In this document: positions 1 through 8,503 of the stretch, piece after piece
How positions within the stretch are numbered: position 1 is the stretch's first letter
How the letters are laid out: every line of letters starts with the position of its first letter
From: a virus
Lineage: Duplodnaviria; Caudoviricetes
Reading direction: 5' to 3' (one strand)
Virus record (IMG/VR): IMGVR_UViG_3300050119_000364
Location: 1-51,560 of that record
DNA length: 51,560 bases
Notes under the pieces: generated by a model
Told to the model about the DNA's origin: nothing
The model's database searches: none
What the model saw: the letters and a program-made list of their open reading frames with translations, nothing else
Program-made: the position numbers and the translations under genes

Positions 1-78
1 CGACCCCGGCTCAGCACCGGCGAGTGACACGCCGGTGACCATCGTCAGGACGATCGCCGCTCGAGCCATCCAGCGCAT
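1..78 (-). CDS. Host gene 5' end (partial), probable secreted protein
   Basis: Reverse strand from ATG at 78 reads MRWMARAAIVLTMVTGVSLAGAEPGS (signal-peptide-like) and runs off the window; lies outside the att repeat. Confidence 0.45.
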   Translation of the reverse strand, partial: MRWMARAAIVLTMVTGVSLAGAEPGS

Positions 79-105
79 GCGTTCCACTGTAATCTGAATG
101 TTGGA

Positions 106-127
106 TTGGTGGCGGCGGGTAGGATCG
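106..127 (+). repeat. att site (duplicated 3' end of tRNA-Met), left boundary
   Basis: TTGGTGGCGGCGGGTAGGATCG identical to 51353..51374. Confidence 0.95.
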
Positions 128-211
128 GACTATGCCATCGCTTTGAAAACAAATAACTTATTGAGTTTTATGGGAGCAGAATTATGACAAAAACGCCCGA
201 AAAGCGCCACT

Positions 212-229
212 CAAGTACGCTCCAAGTAC
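212..229 (+). promoter_or_regulatory. Putative integrase arm-binding repeats
   Basis: CAAGTAC twice with 11-bp period (212, 223); related CGAGTACG/CGAGGACG with 11-bp period at 51289 and 51300. Confidence 0.5.
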
Positions 230-269
230 ACAAAAAAGGCGGGGTATCTCTACCCCACCTCCCTTGGAT

Positions 270-500
270 TCAGGACGTCATCCATTGGCGGATGAACCTT
301 TGCCGTTCGCTCTCGCTGATGCGATAGGAGACGTATTTCCGCACCCGACGAGATGAGCTCGCCGGGAACCGGAACGCCCGAAGGACCCCTTTTTGAATCC
401 AGCGGGCTACCGTGTCTCTGCTCACCGAAAACAACGCGGCAAATTCCTTCACCGAGTACCACTTCTCATCCCCTTGCGGAGACATGCTCACCGCACTCAT
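270..500 (-). CDS. xis: Excisionase-like helix-turn-helix protein
   Basis: YSVKEFAALFSVSRDTVARWI HTH_17/MerR-type motif plus YRISES wing; adjacent to att site. Confidence 0.75.
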   Translation of the reverse strand: MSAVSMSPQGDEKWYSVKEFAALFSVSRDTVARWIQKGVLRAFRFPASSSRRVRKYVSYRISESERQRFIRQWMTS

Positions 501-790
501 TGGCTTTCACCTTTGAAATGCCTCTCCCTTTCGGGAGAACTGTGAGCTGATCGAACCTCGTCCCATCTCGGAGAGCCGGCCGATGTCCGACCCACCCTCA
601 ACCCAAACGGGCTGAGGGCTTATGGCAAACACCGTATCTCGACCCTCATAACTTTCGCAAGACAAAAATAGCAGCGTCTGCTATCATTCCACCCAACTTC
701 CCCCGGTGGAACTACCCAGAATCGCCGCGAGTTCTCCGATATGCCTTTAAACACTTGTGTTTACTGGAAGCCGCCCATTCCCTCGTCTAT

Positions 791-868
791 CGACGGGCAT
801 CTTCTGCTCTCGTTCGTCTCTTCCGTTCCTCTCTCGACCTACCGGCTAGCGGCAGAAGATGCCCGTCG
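791..868. repeat. Perfect 17-bp inverted repeat with 44-nt spacer (oriT/ssDNA hairpin candidate)
   Basis: CGACGGGCATCTTCTGC (791-807) and GCAGAAGATGCCCGTCG (852-868), upstream of the coupling-protein/relaxase operon. Confidence 0.8.
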
Positions 869-919
869 CTCGCGCTCGCCTTATCAGGTACGCCTCGCGG
901 CTAGGAATGGGCGGCACTG

Positions 920-1522
920 ATGCGGGGGAGATGGTTTGTTATCACGCTCATAGGCTTTAGCACTATTTTCTTTTCTTTCCTTTCTGGGATGATTATCCGA
1001 GCTCTCTACGATAATCCTAATCACTTACCAATGTGGCTGCGCTGGACTTGCGGGGCAGTGTTACCGCTTATAGCCATCTTCGCTATTTTTGTATTTAATT
1101 CTCACCGTATCTTTAAGGTTCCCCAATGGCGAGATCCCGCCACCATCTCCAATGAAGAATGGCGGAACTTTTTTCGAACACAAAAGCAAATCAGGGAACA
1201 TACACGGCGATTTGAAAACTGGCAATGGCTTAAAGAACTCAAAAACTGGTTTTACGAATCTAACGTCACTGTCGACGCTTCGCTCAAACATTCCGTAAGC
1301 CAGATGAACACGTTCTGGAATTACCACGAAAAACAGTTCATTGAAGGGGAACTTGATCACGACCAGTTCCGGCTTGCCCTCCAGCATTTCCTATTCCCCG
1401 AATCAAAGCCACAACCTCCGCATCCACCATCGGAACCACCGAAAGCCGACCCTCCTCCTAAGGATGAACGCCCGTGGTGGTCGCCGCGCAAGAATACGCA
1501 GAGAGACCGCATTGACGTATGA
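920..1522 (+). CDS. Membrane protein with two N-terminal TM helices
   Basis: Two hydrophobic segments, Pro-rich C-terminus; stop overlaps next start (ATGA). Confidence 0.75.
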   Translation: MRGRWFVITLIGFSTIFFSFLSGMIIRALYDNPNHLPMWLRWTCGAVLPLIAIFAIFVFNSHRIFKVPQWRDPATISNEEWRNFFRTQKQIREHTRRFENWQWLKELKNWFYESNVTVDASLKHSVSQMNTFWNYHEKQFIEGELDHDQFRLALQHFLFPESKPQPPHPPSEPPKADPPPKDERPWWSPRKNTQRDRIDV

Positions 1523-3060
1523 GCGATTACTCTGACGAGCCCGAGACGCGGCTCCACTATTTATCGAGAAAATGGCGCTACATTGACGACGATGATCCTG
1601 CTGTCGTGCGCCAAACGCTCAACCTGTTTCTTGGCGAGTGGCGGGACACGGAAAAGATAAAGGCCGAGCGGAGGAAGAAGGCGGAGCGTGAAGAACGCGA
1701 TGCCCAGCGGAAAGCGGAGTACGAGGCAGAGCATCCGACACCCAATTTCCTCCCTTCGGATGTAAGCCTTCCGATCCCCGACAGTATCAGGGATCAGCAC
1801 ATTTACGTCCCCGGTGGTACGCGAAGGGGCAAATCGAGCCTCTTTCTCCACATGATCAATAACGACATCGAGCGCGGGGAGGGTGTGGCCGTCCTCGACC
1901 CGAAGGGCACGCTCATACGGGACATCTGCTACCACCTTCCGCGTGAGCGCGTCGTCGATGGTGAACGAAGAAACATCTTGGACGATGTCATCTATCTCGA
2001 CATCGACACCCCTGTATCCATCGATTTCATGGAGTGGACGAACCAGTCTGAATTCAAAAGCACCATCAACGACCTCGTGTTTCTCGTCACAAAAGGCGTT
2101 GACAACCTTCCGCGTGCCGAGCCGATTCTTAAGCGGGCCTTACGAAGCATCATGTCGATTCCCTATACGTCGTTTCTCGACGTCTATAGATTCTTCAGGT
2201 TTGAAGGAAGACGCAATGAAATTCAGAGCGCCCTCAAATCGGTAAACCCCGAGCTCTATGCGTCGTGGATACCCTTCCCGACCCCTGAAAAGTACGAGCC
2301 AATCCTTACGCGCATGGAAGCGTTCTATTGGGACCCCGTTTTCAAGGCAATCTTCGGGACGTCGCGCCCGAAATTGTCCATCTCCCGAGTGATGAACGAA
2401 AAGAAAATCCTCCTTGCAAACCTCGCTCCCCCCGGAGCCGACGACTCAAAGTTTTACGGAGGACTGTTGTTATCCCGCTTCCAGCAGGCTGCCATGCGGA
2501 GAGCGAACCTCCCGAAGAGCAAATGCAAGCCTTTTTACTTCTATGTCGATGAGTTCGAGTGCTTCCAAACCGGATCATTCGCCGACATTTTCTCGGTCGC
2601 CGGAGGGTATGGGCTCCGCATGACTATCGGAAACCAGTATCTCGGTCAAATCATTTCCTCCAATCTCGACGCGATTCTTGGGAACACGGGGACGTACATC
2701 ATCTTTCAAATCGGCTCAAACGACAGCCACCGGTTTGCGAACAAGGTCAAACCCTACGACGCATCGCATCTCGAGAATCTGCAACCGCGCCAAGCGATGT
2801 TCAAGATCGGGAACGAGCCTCCTGTTTTTAAATGGACGAAGCCCGTGGAATTTCCAGACGAGGAAGGGGAAGAATACGCGGGAAAGGTCATGGAGAAGCT
2901 GAGGAAGATCACCATCGACCGTTACGGCCCCGATACAGACGACGCAGAAATCAGCACAATACTCAATTCACAGCATCCCCCTTTACATTCCACGGGAATT
3001 CCACAAGATAAAGGGGATGACATCTGGGAGCCGGAATCTAAAGATCACGGGGACGCGTGA
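1519..3060 (+). CDS. VirD4/TraD-like (type IV coupling protein family) ATPase, variant Walker A
   Basis: HIYVPGGTRRGKS, GVAVLDPKG, FYVDEF Walker B, GNQYLGQI and AILGNTGTYIIF motifs. Confidence 0.85.
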   Translation: MSDYSDEPETRLHYLSRKWRYIDDDDPAVVRQTLNLFLGEWRDTEKIKAERRKKAEREERDAQRKAEYEAEHPTPNFLPSDVSLPIPDSIRDQHIYVPGGTRRGKSSLFLHMINNDIERGEGVAVLDPKGTLIRDICYHLPRERVVDGERRNILDDVIYLDIDTPVSIDFMEWTNQSEFKSTINDLVFLVTKGVDNLPRAEPILKRALRSIMSIPYTSFLDVYRFFRFEGRRNEIQSALKSVNPELYASWIPFPTPEKYEPILTRMEAFYWDPVFKAIFGTSRPKLSISRVMNEKKILLANLAPPGADDSKFYGGLLLSRFQQAAMRRANLPKSKCKPFYFYVDEFECFQTGSFADIFSVAGGYGLRMTIGNQYLGQIISSNLDAILGNTGTYIIFQIGSNDSHRFANKVKPYDASHLENLQPRQAMFKIGNEPPVFKWTKPVEFPDEEGEEYAGKVMEKLRKITIDRYGPDTDDAEISTILNSQHPPLHSTGIPQDKGDDIWEPESKDHGDA

Positions 3061-3817
3061 GAAAGTCCTCCCGCTTTTTGCCGATTACTTCTGTCTACGT
3101 ATCAAGGACGCGGCAATCCTCTTAGGCCTTGACCCCGAAAACCGCGCCGATTGCCGGAACCTCCAAGACATCTTCAAACGGTTGATGGCGCGAGGCATCC
3201 TTACGCGTCTCCCGAAAGACCTCAAATACTATCGCTGGTCAGCGCCGGCATACGTCTACGGCTTCACCGACAAGGGCGCACGCGAGTTCGGCGGCAAGAC
3301 CTTCGACGAGCACTCCGAACGTACCCTCGACCACGAGCTCAAGATCACCGAGTTCCATATTGCGCTCATGCAGGCATTTCAAGAGCCGCGCTTCCGGATC
3401 AAATGGCATCAGGCGAACATCAAGCACGGCGTTTCACCGGACGCCCACTTCTCGATCACGGACACTTCCCTGCCGTCCGAAAAGAACACAGCAAACTATT
3501 TCCTTGAGATCGAACGTGCAAAGTACGGCAACATCAAGAACGGCGAGCCGAGCATCGTGCGCAAATTGGCCGCCTATTACGAGTACTACGACTCGAACGA
3601 ATGTGCGAAGCAATGGGGTTTCAGGAAATTCCGCGTCATCACCGTAGTCCGCACCGCCGACAAGCAGTACAACCTGTGCGAGCGGCTTGCGGAGAAGCTC
3701 GCACACCGGATGTTCTGGATCACGACCGAGCCGCACGTGAAGGAAGGCGTCGGAAGGGAGATCTTCAGGACGCCAAAGGATTTTCAAAACACTGCATACT
3801 CATTCCTTTCGCCGTAA
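3017..3817 (+). CDS. Replication-relaxation (Replic_Relax) family relaxase-like protein
   Basis: N-terminal winged HTH, LDHEL motif, PDAHF and YFLEIER nuclease-like motif; directly follows the coupling ATPase. Confidence 0.75.
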   Translation: MTSGSRNLKITGTREKVLPLFADYFCLRIKDAAILLGLDPENRADCRNLQDIFKRLMARGILTRLPKDLKYYRWSAPAYVYGFTDKGAREFGGKTFDEHSERTLDHELKITEFHIALMQAFQEPRFRIKWHQANIKHGVSPDAHFSITDTSLPSEKNTANYFLEIERAKYGNIKNGEPSIVRKLAAYYEYYDSNECAKQWGFRKFRVITVVRTADKQYNLCERLAEKLAHRMFWITTEPHVKEGVGREIFRTPKDFQNTAYSFLSP

Positions 3818-4347
3818 TGCCTAGCTTCGTAATGAAATTCAATAAGCATCGGCTCCGGAAGAACAACGGCATTGTCGGAGTGATGTATGAGCTCTACCTC
3901 GACGGGCGATCGCTCGCCGAGATCGCGAAGATTTATGGGAAGACGCGGCAGGCGGTCTATGACGTTTTCCGCAGCCGCGGCTACAAGCTCCGTTCGAAGC
4001 CGCTCAGGGGCCTCACGATCATCGACGGCTATCGCTTCACCGAAATGAAGGGCGGCTATCTCCGCGGCACCGTAGGAAATCGTCGAATCCTCGCGCATCA
4101 GTATGTTTGGGAGAAGACGAACGGGCCTTTGCCGGAGGACACGGTGTTGCATTTCAAAGACGGCGATCCGCAACACGTCGCGATTGACAACCTTGAGGTC
4201 GTTCCGAAGCCGCAGATGGCCGCGAAGTTCAATCCGGAGAGGAAGGGATGCTGGGGCCGCGACGACGCGCCGAAGCGGTTGAGCCTCCGCGAGAAGGTGC
4301 GTCGCAAGCGCGAGGAACGGTGGAAGCGGGCCATGGCAATCGGTTAG
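3817..4347 (+). CDS. HTH plus HNH endonuclease
   Basis: SLAEIAKIYGKTRQAV HTH; AHQYVWEKTNGPLP and HFKDGDPQHVAIDNL HNH_3-like motif; start could be 3817 or 3832. Confidence 0.75.
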   Translation: MPSFVMKFNKHRLRKNNGIVGVMYELYLDGRSLAEIAKIYGKTRQAVYDVFRSRGYKLRSKPLRGLTIIDGYRFTEMKGGYLRGTVGNRRILAHQYVWEKTNGPLPEDTVLHFKDGDPQHVAIDNLEVVPKPQMAAKFNPERKGCWGRDDAPKRLSLREKVRRKREERWKRAMAIG

Positions 4348-4356
4348 CCTCGCCGC

Positions 4357-4384
4357 TCGACTTCCCGCGCCAATCACCCATAAT
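4357..4384 (+). promoter_or_regulatory. Putative promoter TCGACT-N16-CATAAT
   Basis: Matches the element-wide 16-bp-spacer pattern; CGCCAATCAC in the spacer; no credible ORF downstream. Confidence 0.55.
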
Positions 4385-4390
4385 TAAAAC

Positions 4391-4563
4391 CAATCGCGAC
4401 CCAAAACCGCGGGGCCGGAACTTCCGGCACTATCCGTCCCTCGCCGTCGTCTCGGGCTGTGATCCAGTCTTTGATGGCGGCGGCGACGGCGGCATAGGTT
4501 TGTCTGCTCCCCGGGGTAACGACGCGAATCGTGAAGAATTGCCCGGGAATGCCGGGGGGGAGA
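4391..4563 (+). ncRNA. Putative structured small RNA
   Basis: Own promoter, several GC-rich stems with G-U pairs (4414-4428; 4442-4451 with 4473-4482; 4510-4547), no credible ORF. Confidence 0.4.
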
Positions 4564-5064
4564 CTATCTCTCTATTGAGAGTTCGATCGTGTAACGCTTC
4601 TCAAAAAGGTCTTCGACTTCGACTTTTACGGAATGCAGATGAAGTAGAGACGTGAACGCTTCAATCTCCACTTCTGCTCCCGAGTTAGGCTGAATTGGGA
4701 ACGGAGTGTGATTGAACACCCTTGGCTTGTCTTTCTCATTAAACTTGACCTCATAGCGTTCACTGTCCATCGATGCCCAGTTGCCATTTTCGTCTTTCGT
4801 CCAGAACCGATAATCACGTATCGCATTCGCCCGGGTGCTAACGTTGTAGACCTCGATAATCGCCGCGAACCCTATTTCATTTCGATTTGTCGTCCTATTG
4901 ACCGCTCCCCATTGTCCCTTCCGCGCTTTCAAGACCAGCTTGGGCCGTCTATCTTTCAGCGAAACCCACAGAGCGACGAGAGACAGAATCGTCGGAATTA
5001 GGAACTTCTCGGCTTCCCATCGCGGAGCACTCTTCCACCACGTTTGCAACCATTGCCAGAGCAT
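4564..5064 (-). CDS. Moron-like membrane-anchored protein
   Basis: N-terminal hydrophobic helix (FLIPTILSLVALWVSL), lower GC, opposite strand; start could extend to 5142. Confidence 0.65.
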   Translation of the reverse strand: MLWQWLQTWWKSAPRWEAEKFLIPTILSLVALWVSLKDRRPKLVLKARKGQWGAVNRTTNRNEIGFAAIIEVYNVSTRANAIRDYRFWTKDENGNWASMDSERYEVKFNEKDKPRVFNHTPFPIQPNSGAEVEIEAFTSLLHLHSVKVEVEDLFEKRYTIELSIER

Positions 5065-5159
5065 AGTCAGTGATTCTACAGTGCAGAACTCATCCTCACC
5101 TTTTACAGATTTATTAAACACCGCATAATGACGACTCTCCATATTATTGTCCTCAGAGC

Positions 5160-6398
5160 ATGAACACCCCCCTCGGCATCGACTACATCAGCCAGCAAGA
5201 TTTTTCGCTCGACACGTCCCGACATTGCAATATCGTCGGCATGTCGGGGATGGGCAAATCCACGCTGCTCCTCAATCTCTTCATCGACCACATCCGCCAA
5301 GGGAACGGCGGCATTTTCATTGATCCGCATGGCGACACGGCCGATGCTATCGCGCGCCTCATTCCCAAGAGCCGAATGCGCGATTTCATCTGGATCGACC
5401 CGGACGCTTCGCTTGTGCCCCCTTTCAATCCCCTCCATTTCGGTAGCCCCGAGGAACTCGAACTCGGGAAGGAATCCCTCTTCACCCTTTTCAAATCGCT
5501 CGCCGGCAGCGCGTGGGGCGACGAATCGGCGCGCGTCATTATCAATGCGATCGACGCCGTCTGCGAATACTTCGACCATCCGACGCCGGTCCACATCTTC
5601 CGCTTCATTGCGGACGACACGTTCCGCGAGAAGGTCCTCGCGGCGACCGCAAATCCCCTGCTGCGGATGTTCAAGGAACAATACGACGAGAAGCTCCGCG
5701 ACTCCGAGCAGATGAGCAAATTCTCGCCGCCGATCAACAAGGTGAGCAAGCTCCTCCGCCCGTCGATCCTTCCCATCATCGCGCAGACGCGGTCGCTCGA
5801 CTTTCTTCAGATCATGAACACAAGGAAGATCGTTGTGTGCCGTTTCTCAAAAGGCCGGCTCGGCGAGGAGATTGCCCAGATCCTCGGGTCGCTCGTCGTC
5901 TCCATGATCTCGATCGCGGCTTTGAAGCGCGAGAAGCAGAAGAAGCGTCCCCCTTTCATGCTCGTCGCGGATGAGGTCCACAATTTCACGCACGGCGGCC
6001 GGTTCGGGACGCTCCTTGCCGAATCCCGCAAATACGGCATCACCCTCGTCCTCGCCTCGCAGGGAATGTACCAGCTCCCCTTCGCCGCAGACATCTTTGC
6101 GAACTGCCCCACGCAGATCGTTTTCAACGTGTCCGGCGAGGACGCGAAGGCGATCGAGGAGAATTGGAATGAGCAGTACGTCACGTCGTCCGCGATCACG
6201 GGCCTCCACCGCTACACGTTCTTCTGCCGCACCTTCGGCGAGAACGGCCCCACGGCGAAACGGATCATCGGTTATCCCAATATCGACAAGCGCGGCGATG
6301 AGGCCAACGCGACGAAGCTCATAAAGCAAAGTCTGATGCGCTACGGCTCCCGCCGGAAAGAAGTCGAGACAAAGATCATGAAATTCCTCGCCTCATAG
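5160..6398 (+). CDS. Second VirD4/TraD-like ATPase (no TM anchor)
   Basis: HCNIVGMSGMGKST Walker A, IFIDPHGD, LVADEVHNF Walker B, LAESRKYGITLVLASQ. Confidence 0.88.
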   Translation: MNTPLGIDYISQQDFSLDTSRHCNIVGMSGMGKSTLLLNLFIDHIRQGNGGIFIDPHGDTADAIARLIPKSRMRDFIWIDPDASLVPPFNPLHFGSPEELELGKESLFTLFKSLAGSAWGDESARVIINAIDAVCEYFDHPTPVHIFRFIADDTFREKVLAATANPLLRMFKEQYDEKLRDSEQMSKFSPPINKVSKLLRPSILPIIAQTRSLDFLQIMNTRKIVVCRFSKGRLGEEIAQILGSLVVSMISIAALKREKQKKRPPFMLVADEVHNFTHGGRFGTLLAESRKYGITLVLASQGMYQLPFAADIFANCPTQIVFNVSGEDAKAIEENWNEQYVTSSAITGLHRYTFFCRTFGENGPTAKRIIGYPNIDKRGDEANATKLIKQSLMRYGSRRKEVETKIMKFLAS

Positions 6399-6631
6399 CG
6401 TGCGGTTTGTGCGGAATGTGCGGCTGTACCTCTGTGCTTAATGCGCGCACAATCGGATTCGTGATGTGGCTCCAGACATTGCAAGACATCCCTTTGGGAA
6501 TCACGGATGCCAACGCTCTTGAGCGATCGGGCAGACGCGAGGCCGCGAGCCAACGCTTGCGCCGTCACGTGATGTCGGTGCGCATTATCGCGAATGGGGC
6601 AGGGAAAAGACAACAAATAATCACCAAATCC

Positions 6632-7072
6632 ATGAATCAAACTTCAAACCTTTCGTTGGCGAATCGGAAACAGCTCACCGATCTTCTTGCAGACAAGTAC
6701 GAGGGCCTTCGTTATAAAGCGAAGCAGCGATACAACCAGCAGGCCGAGATTCTCCGGCGGCAGTTCATCAACGAATATGCCAAGAAGGAAGAAGCCGGTA
6801 CGTTGCTGAAAGACATCACCACGCTCCAAGCGCAACTCGACTCGAAGCAGGCGCTACTTCGAGTCAAGGGCCTTGAAGTGCGTGCAGGTGCCTTCCAGCT
6901 TCATTCCGACGCTCCCGACTCGGTAGACGAATTGCTGGACAAGCAGGTCGAGGAGAAAATCGGCACGCGCGGCGACATCGACACTCGCTTTGACGACGCC
7001 CAAGTCAGGATGATGACGATCGGCACGCTCGAAGAGGCGCGCAAACTGATTGAAACACTGATGAACGTTTAG
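6632..7072 (+). CDS. Hypothetical coiled-coil protein
   Basis: Helical ORF; ATG 6632 follows an A/C-rich leader (the track's 6407 extension looks non-coding). Confidence 0.7.
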   Translation: MNQTSNLSLANRKQLTDLLADKYEGLRYKAKQRYNQQAEILRRQFINEYAKKEEAGTLLKDITTLQAQLDSKQALLRVKGLEVRAGAFQLHSDAPDSVDELLDKQVEEKIGTRGDIDTRFDDAQVRMMTIGTLEEARKLIETLMNV

Positions 7073-7121
7073 GAAATTAACTAACCCTTTTCCCTGCCCA
7101 CCACGCTTAAAGGAGATTCGA

Positions 7122-7337
7122 ATGAACGCCATTGAGCACGCAGAGAACCTTCGGCAGCAGGCGATCGCGATCCTCGTGAAGGAACGCGACGAGATCGACG
7201 CCCGGCTCGCCCAGCTCGGCCACGGGCAAGAAAAAGCCCCAACCGGCAAGCGGCGGGGCAGAAAACCTAAGATTCAAGAGGCAGGCCAGCAGCTACCCGC
7301 TTCCCATTCCGAAACGAGAGAACAAGCCGCGATTTGA
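7122..7337 (+). CDS. Small coiled-coil protein with AT-hook-like motif
   Basis: AAGGAG RBS; coiled coil followed by KRRGRKPK. Confidence 0.7.
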   Translation: MNAIEHAENLRQQAIAILVKERDEIDARLAQLGHGQEKAPTGKRRGRKPKIQEAGQQLPASHSETREQAAI

Positions 7338-7860
7338 CCGCATTGCGGACCCGGTGGAGGTATTGCTCATCGTCCTCCTGATCCCCGCGCGCGATCATTT
7401 CATCGAACCAGCGGTCCACGTCCTGCATGTAGCCCTTTGTGTCCACCTTGACGCTACCGCTCGGACTGGTATGGTCTGAAGAGTTCTTTTGGGATTTCCC
7501 TATGCGGGACTTCTCAGATGCCCGGTGCTCGATATGAGTGCCGGGCTTTTGCGTCTCAGGAACGTGAAACCATTCGGAGAGCCTCTTCGCGGCGTCATGC
7601 TGTGAGCAGTTTTCCATGAGCGCCACAAAATTGATGACATCACCTCCCTTTCCGCCGGCTTTCTCATTGCAGGATCCGGACCAGCACTTCCAGAAGTTGC
7701 CTTCGAGGTTGATGTTGAAATTCTTGTCCCGATCCCCTTGCTTATGGGTCGGGAGCGGGCACTTCGCTTTGGCGTACTTCCCTCCGAACGTGAGCGGCAC
7801 GCCATAGCGCAGGCACACGTCCGTAATCCGAATTTCCTTGATGCGCTGAAAGTCGAGCAT
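7267..7860 (-). CDS. CHC2 zinc-finger protein (primase Zn-binding domain only)
   Basis: CPLPTH, WKCWSGSC and GGDVINFV motifs; no TOPRIM domain; GGAGG RBS. Confidence 0.8.
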   Translation of the reverse strand: MLDFQRIKEIRITDVCLRYGVPLTFGGKYAKAKCPLPTHKQGDRDKNFNINLEGNFWKCWSGSCNEKAGGKGGDVINFVALMENCSQHDAAKRLSEWFHVPETQKPGTHIEHRASEKSRIGKSQKNSSDHTSPSGSVKVDTKGYMQDVDRWFDEMIARGDQEDDEQYLHRVRNAVKSRLVLSFRNGKRVAAGLPLES

Positions 7861-7889
7861 ATCGCTCCTCCAAAGACCGGACGCGCGGC

Positions 7890-8066
7890 CTATTTCGGTT
7901 CGCCTTTGTCCTGTTCCCGGATGTTCAGCTTCAGAAGCGGAAGCATGTAGAGCTTGAGGTTGAGCGAGCCGTCACTATTTTTGAAGGCCACGCCAACTTC
8001 GTGCCAATATTTGCGGTCGCCACCGTTGTCTTCAATGGCAAATACCTTGAGTGGCTTATCGGGCAT
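7890..8066 (-). CDS. Small protein of mobile elements (WxxVGVAFxNxDG motif), possible ssDNA binder
   Basis: MPDKPLKVFAIEDNGGDRKYWHEVGVAFKNSDGSLNLKL; GGAGG RBS. Confidence 0.7.
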   Translation of the reverse strand: MPDKPLKVFAIEDNGGDRKYWHEVGVAFKNSDGSLNLKLYMLPLLKLNIREQDKGEPK

Positions 8067-8092
8067 ATTTGTCCCTCCAAAGGACTTCCTTA

Positions 8093-8120
8093 AGCATGGG
8101 TTACCCTCGCCAGATTGCAA
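8093..8120 (-). promoter_or_regulatory. Leftward promoter TTGCAA-N16-CATGCT
   Basis: Reverse strand TTATCCCCACC-TTGCAA-N16-CATGCT-TAAGG. Confidence 0.65.
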
Positions 8121-8135
8121 GGTGGGGATAACCCC

Positions 8136-8163
8136 TTGCGGTTACGCGACAATCCGCTTTACT
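8136..8163 (+). promoter_or_regulatory. Rightward promoter TTGCGG-N16-TTTACT (leaderless transcript)
   Basis: Divergent from 8093-8120 around a shared DnaA-box-like 9-mer at 8123-8131; 7 nt between -10 and ATG. Confidence 0.55.
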
Positions 8164-8170
8164 TAAGCCA

Positions 8171-8326
8171 ATGGCATCACTCAGCTACTACGTGCGGAAG
8201 TTCGGCAAACGCGAAGGGAGGAAGCGGTACAACGAATTTCACAGGGGCTACAAGCAGGCGAACCGGGAACGGATTAACTCGGCGCGCAGGGCGGCGCGGA
8301 GGGCCCATAAACCAAGGGCCATATGA
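8171..8326 (+). CDS. 51-aa highly basic protein in the divergent control region
   Basis: MASLSYYVRKFGKREGRKRYNEFHRGYKQANRERINSARRAARRAHKPRAI; below the ORF-track cutoff; promoter directly upstream. Confidence 0.6.
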   Translation: MASLSYYVRKFGKREGRKRYNEFHRGYKQANRERINSARRAARRAHKPRAI

Positions 8327-8349
8327 ACCCTCAAAGTTATCCCCAGTTT

Positions 8350-8390
8350 GGGTTACGCGTCCTTGACGTAACCCTCCAGTGCGCTATTGT
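8350..8390 (+). promoter_or_regulatory. Early promoter TTGACG-N16-TATTGT with overlapping palindromic operator
   Basis: GGGTTACG-N9-CGTAACCC (8350-8374) overlaps the -35 at 8363; TTATCCCCA at 8337. Confidence 0.65.
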
Positions 8391-8503
8391 TAAGGCATGG
8401 TTGATAGGCGGTTCGGGGCGATCACCTCACCCGATTCCTCCGACGCAAGGGACCCAACCTCCGCCGCCTGTCCCTGTTCTCTTACGCGGTTCGTTCTTTG
8501 AAT

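Noticed and set aside
7267-7860. Full DNA primase
   Set aside because: Only the CHC2 zinc finger is present; no TOPRIM catalytic domain follows
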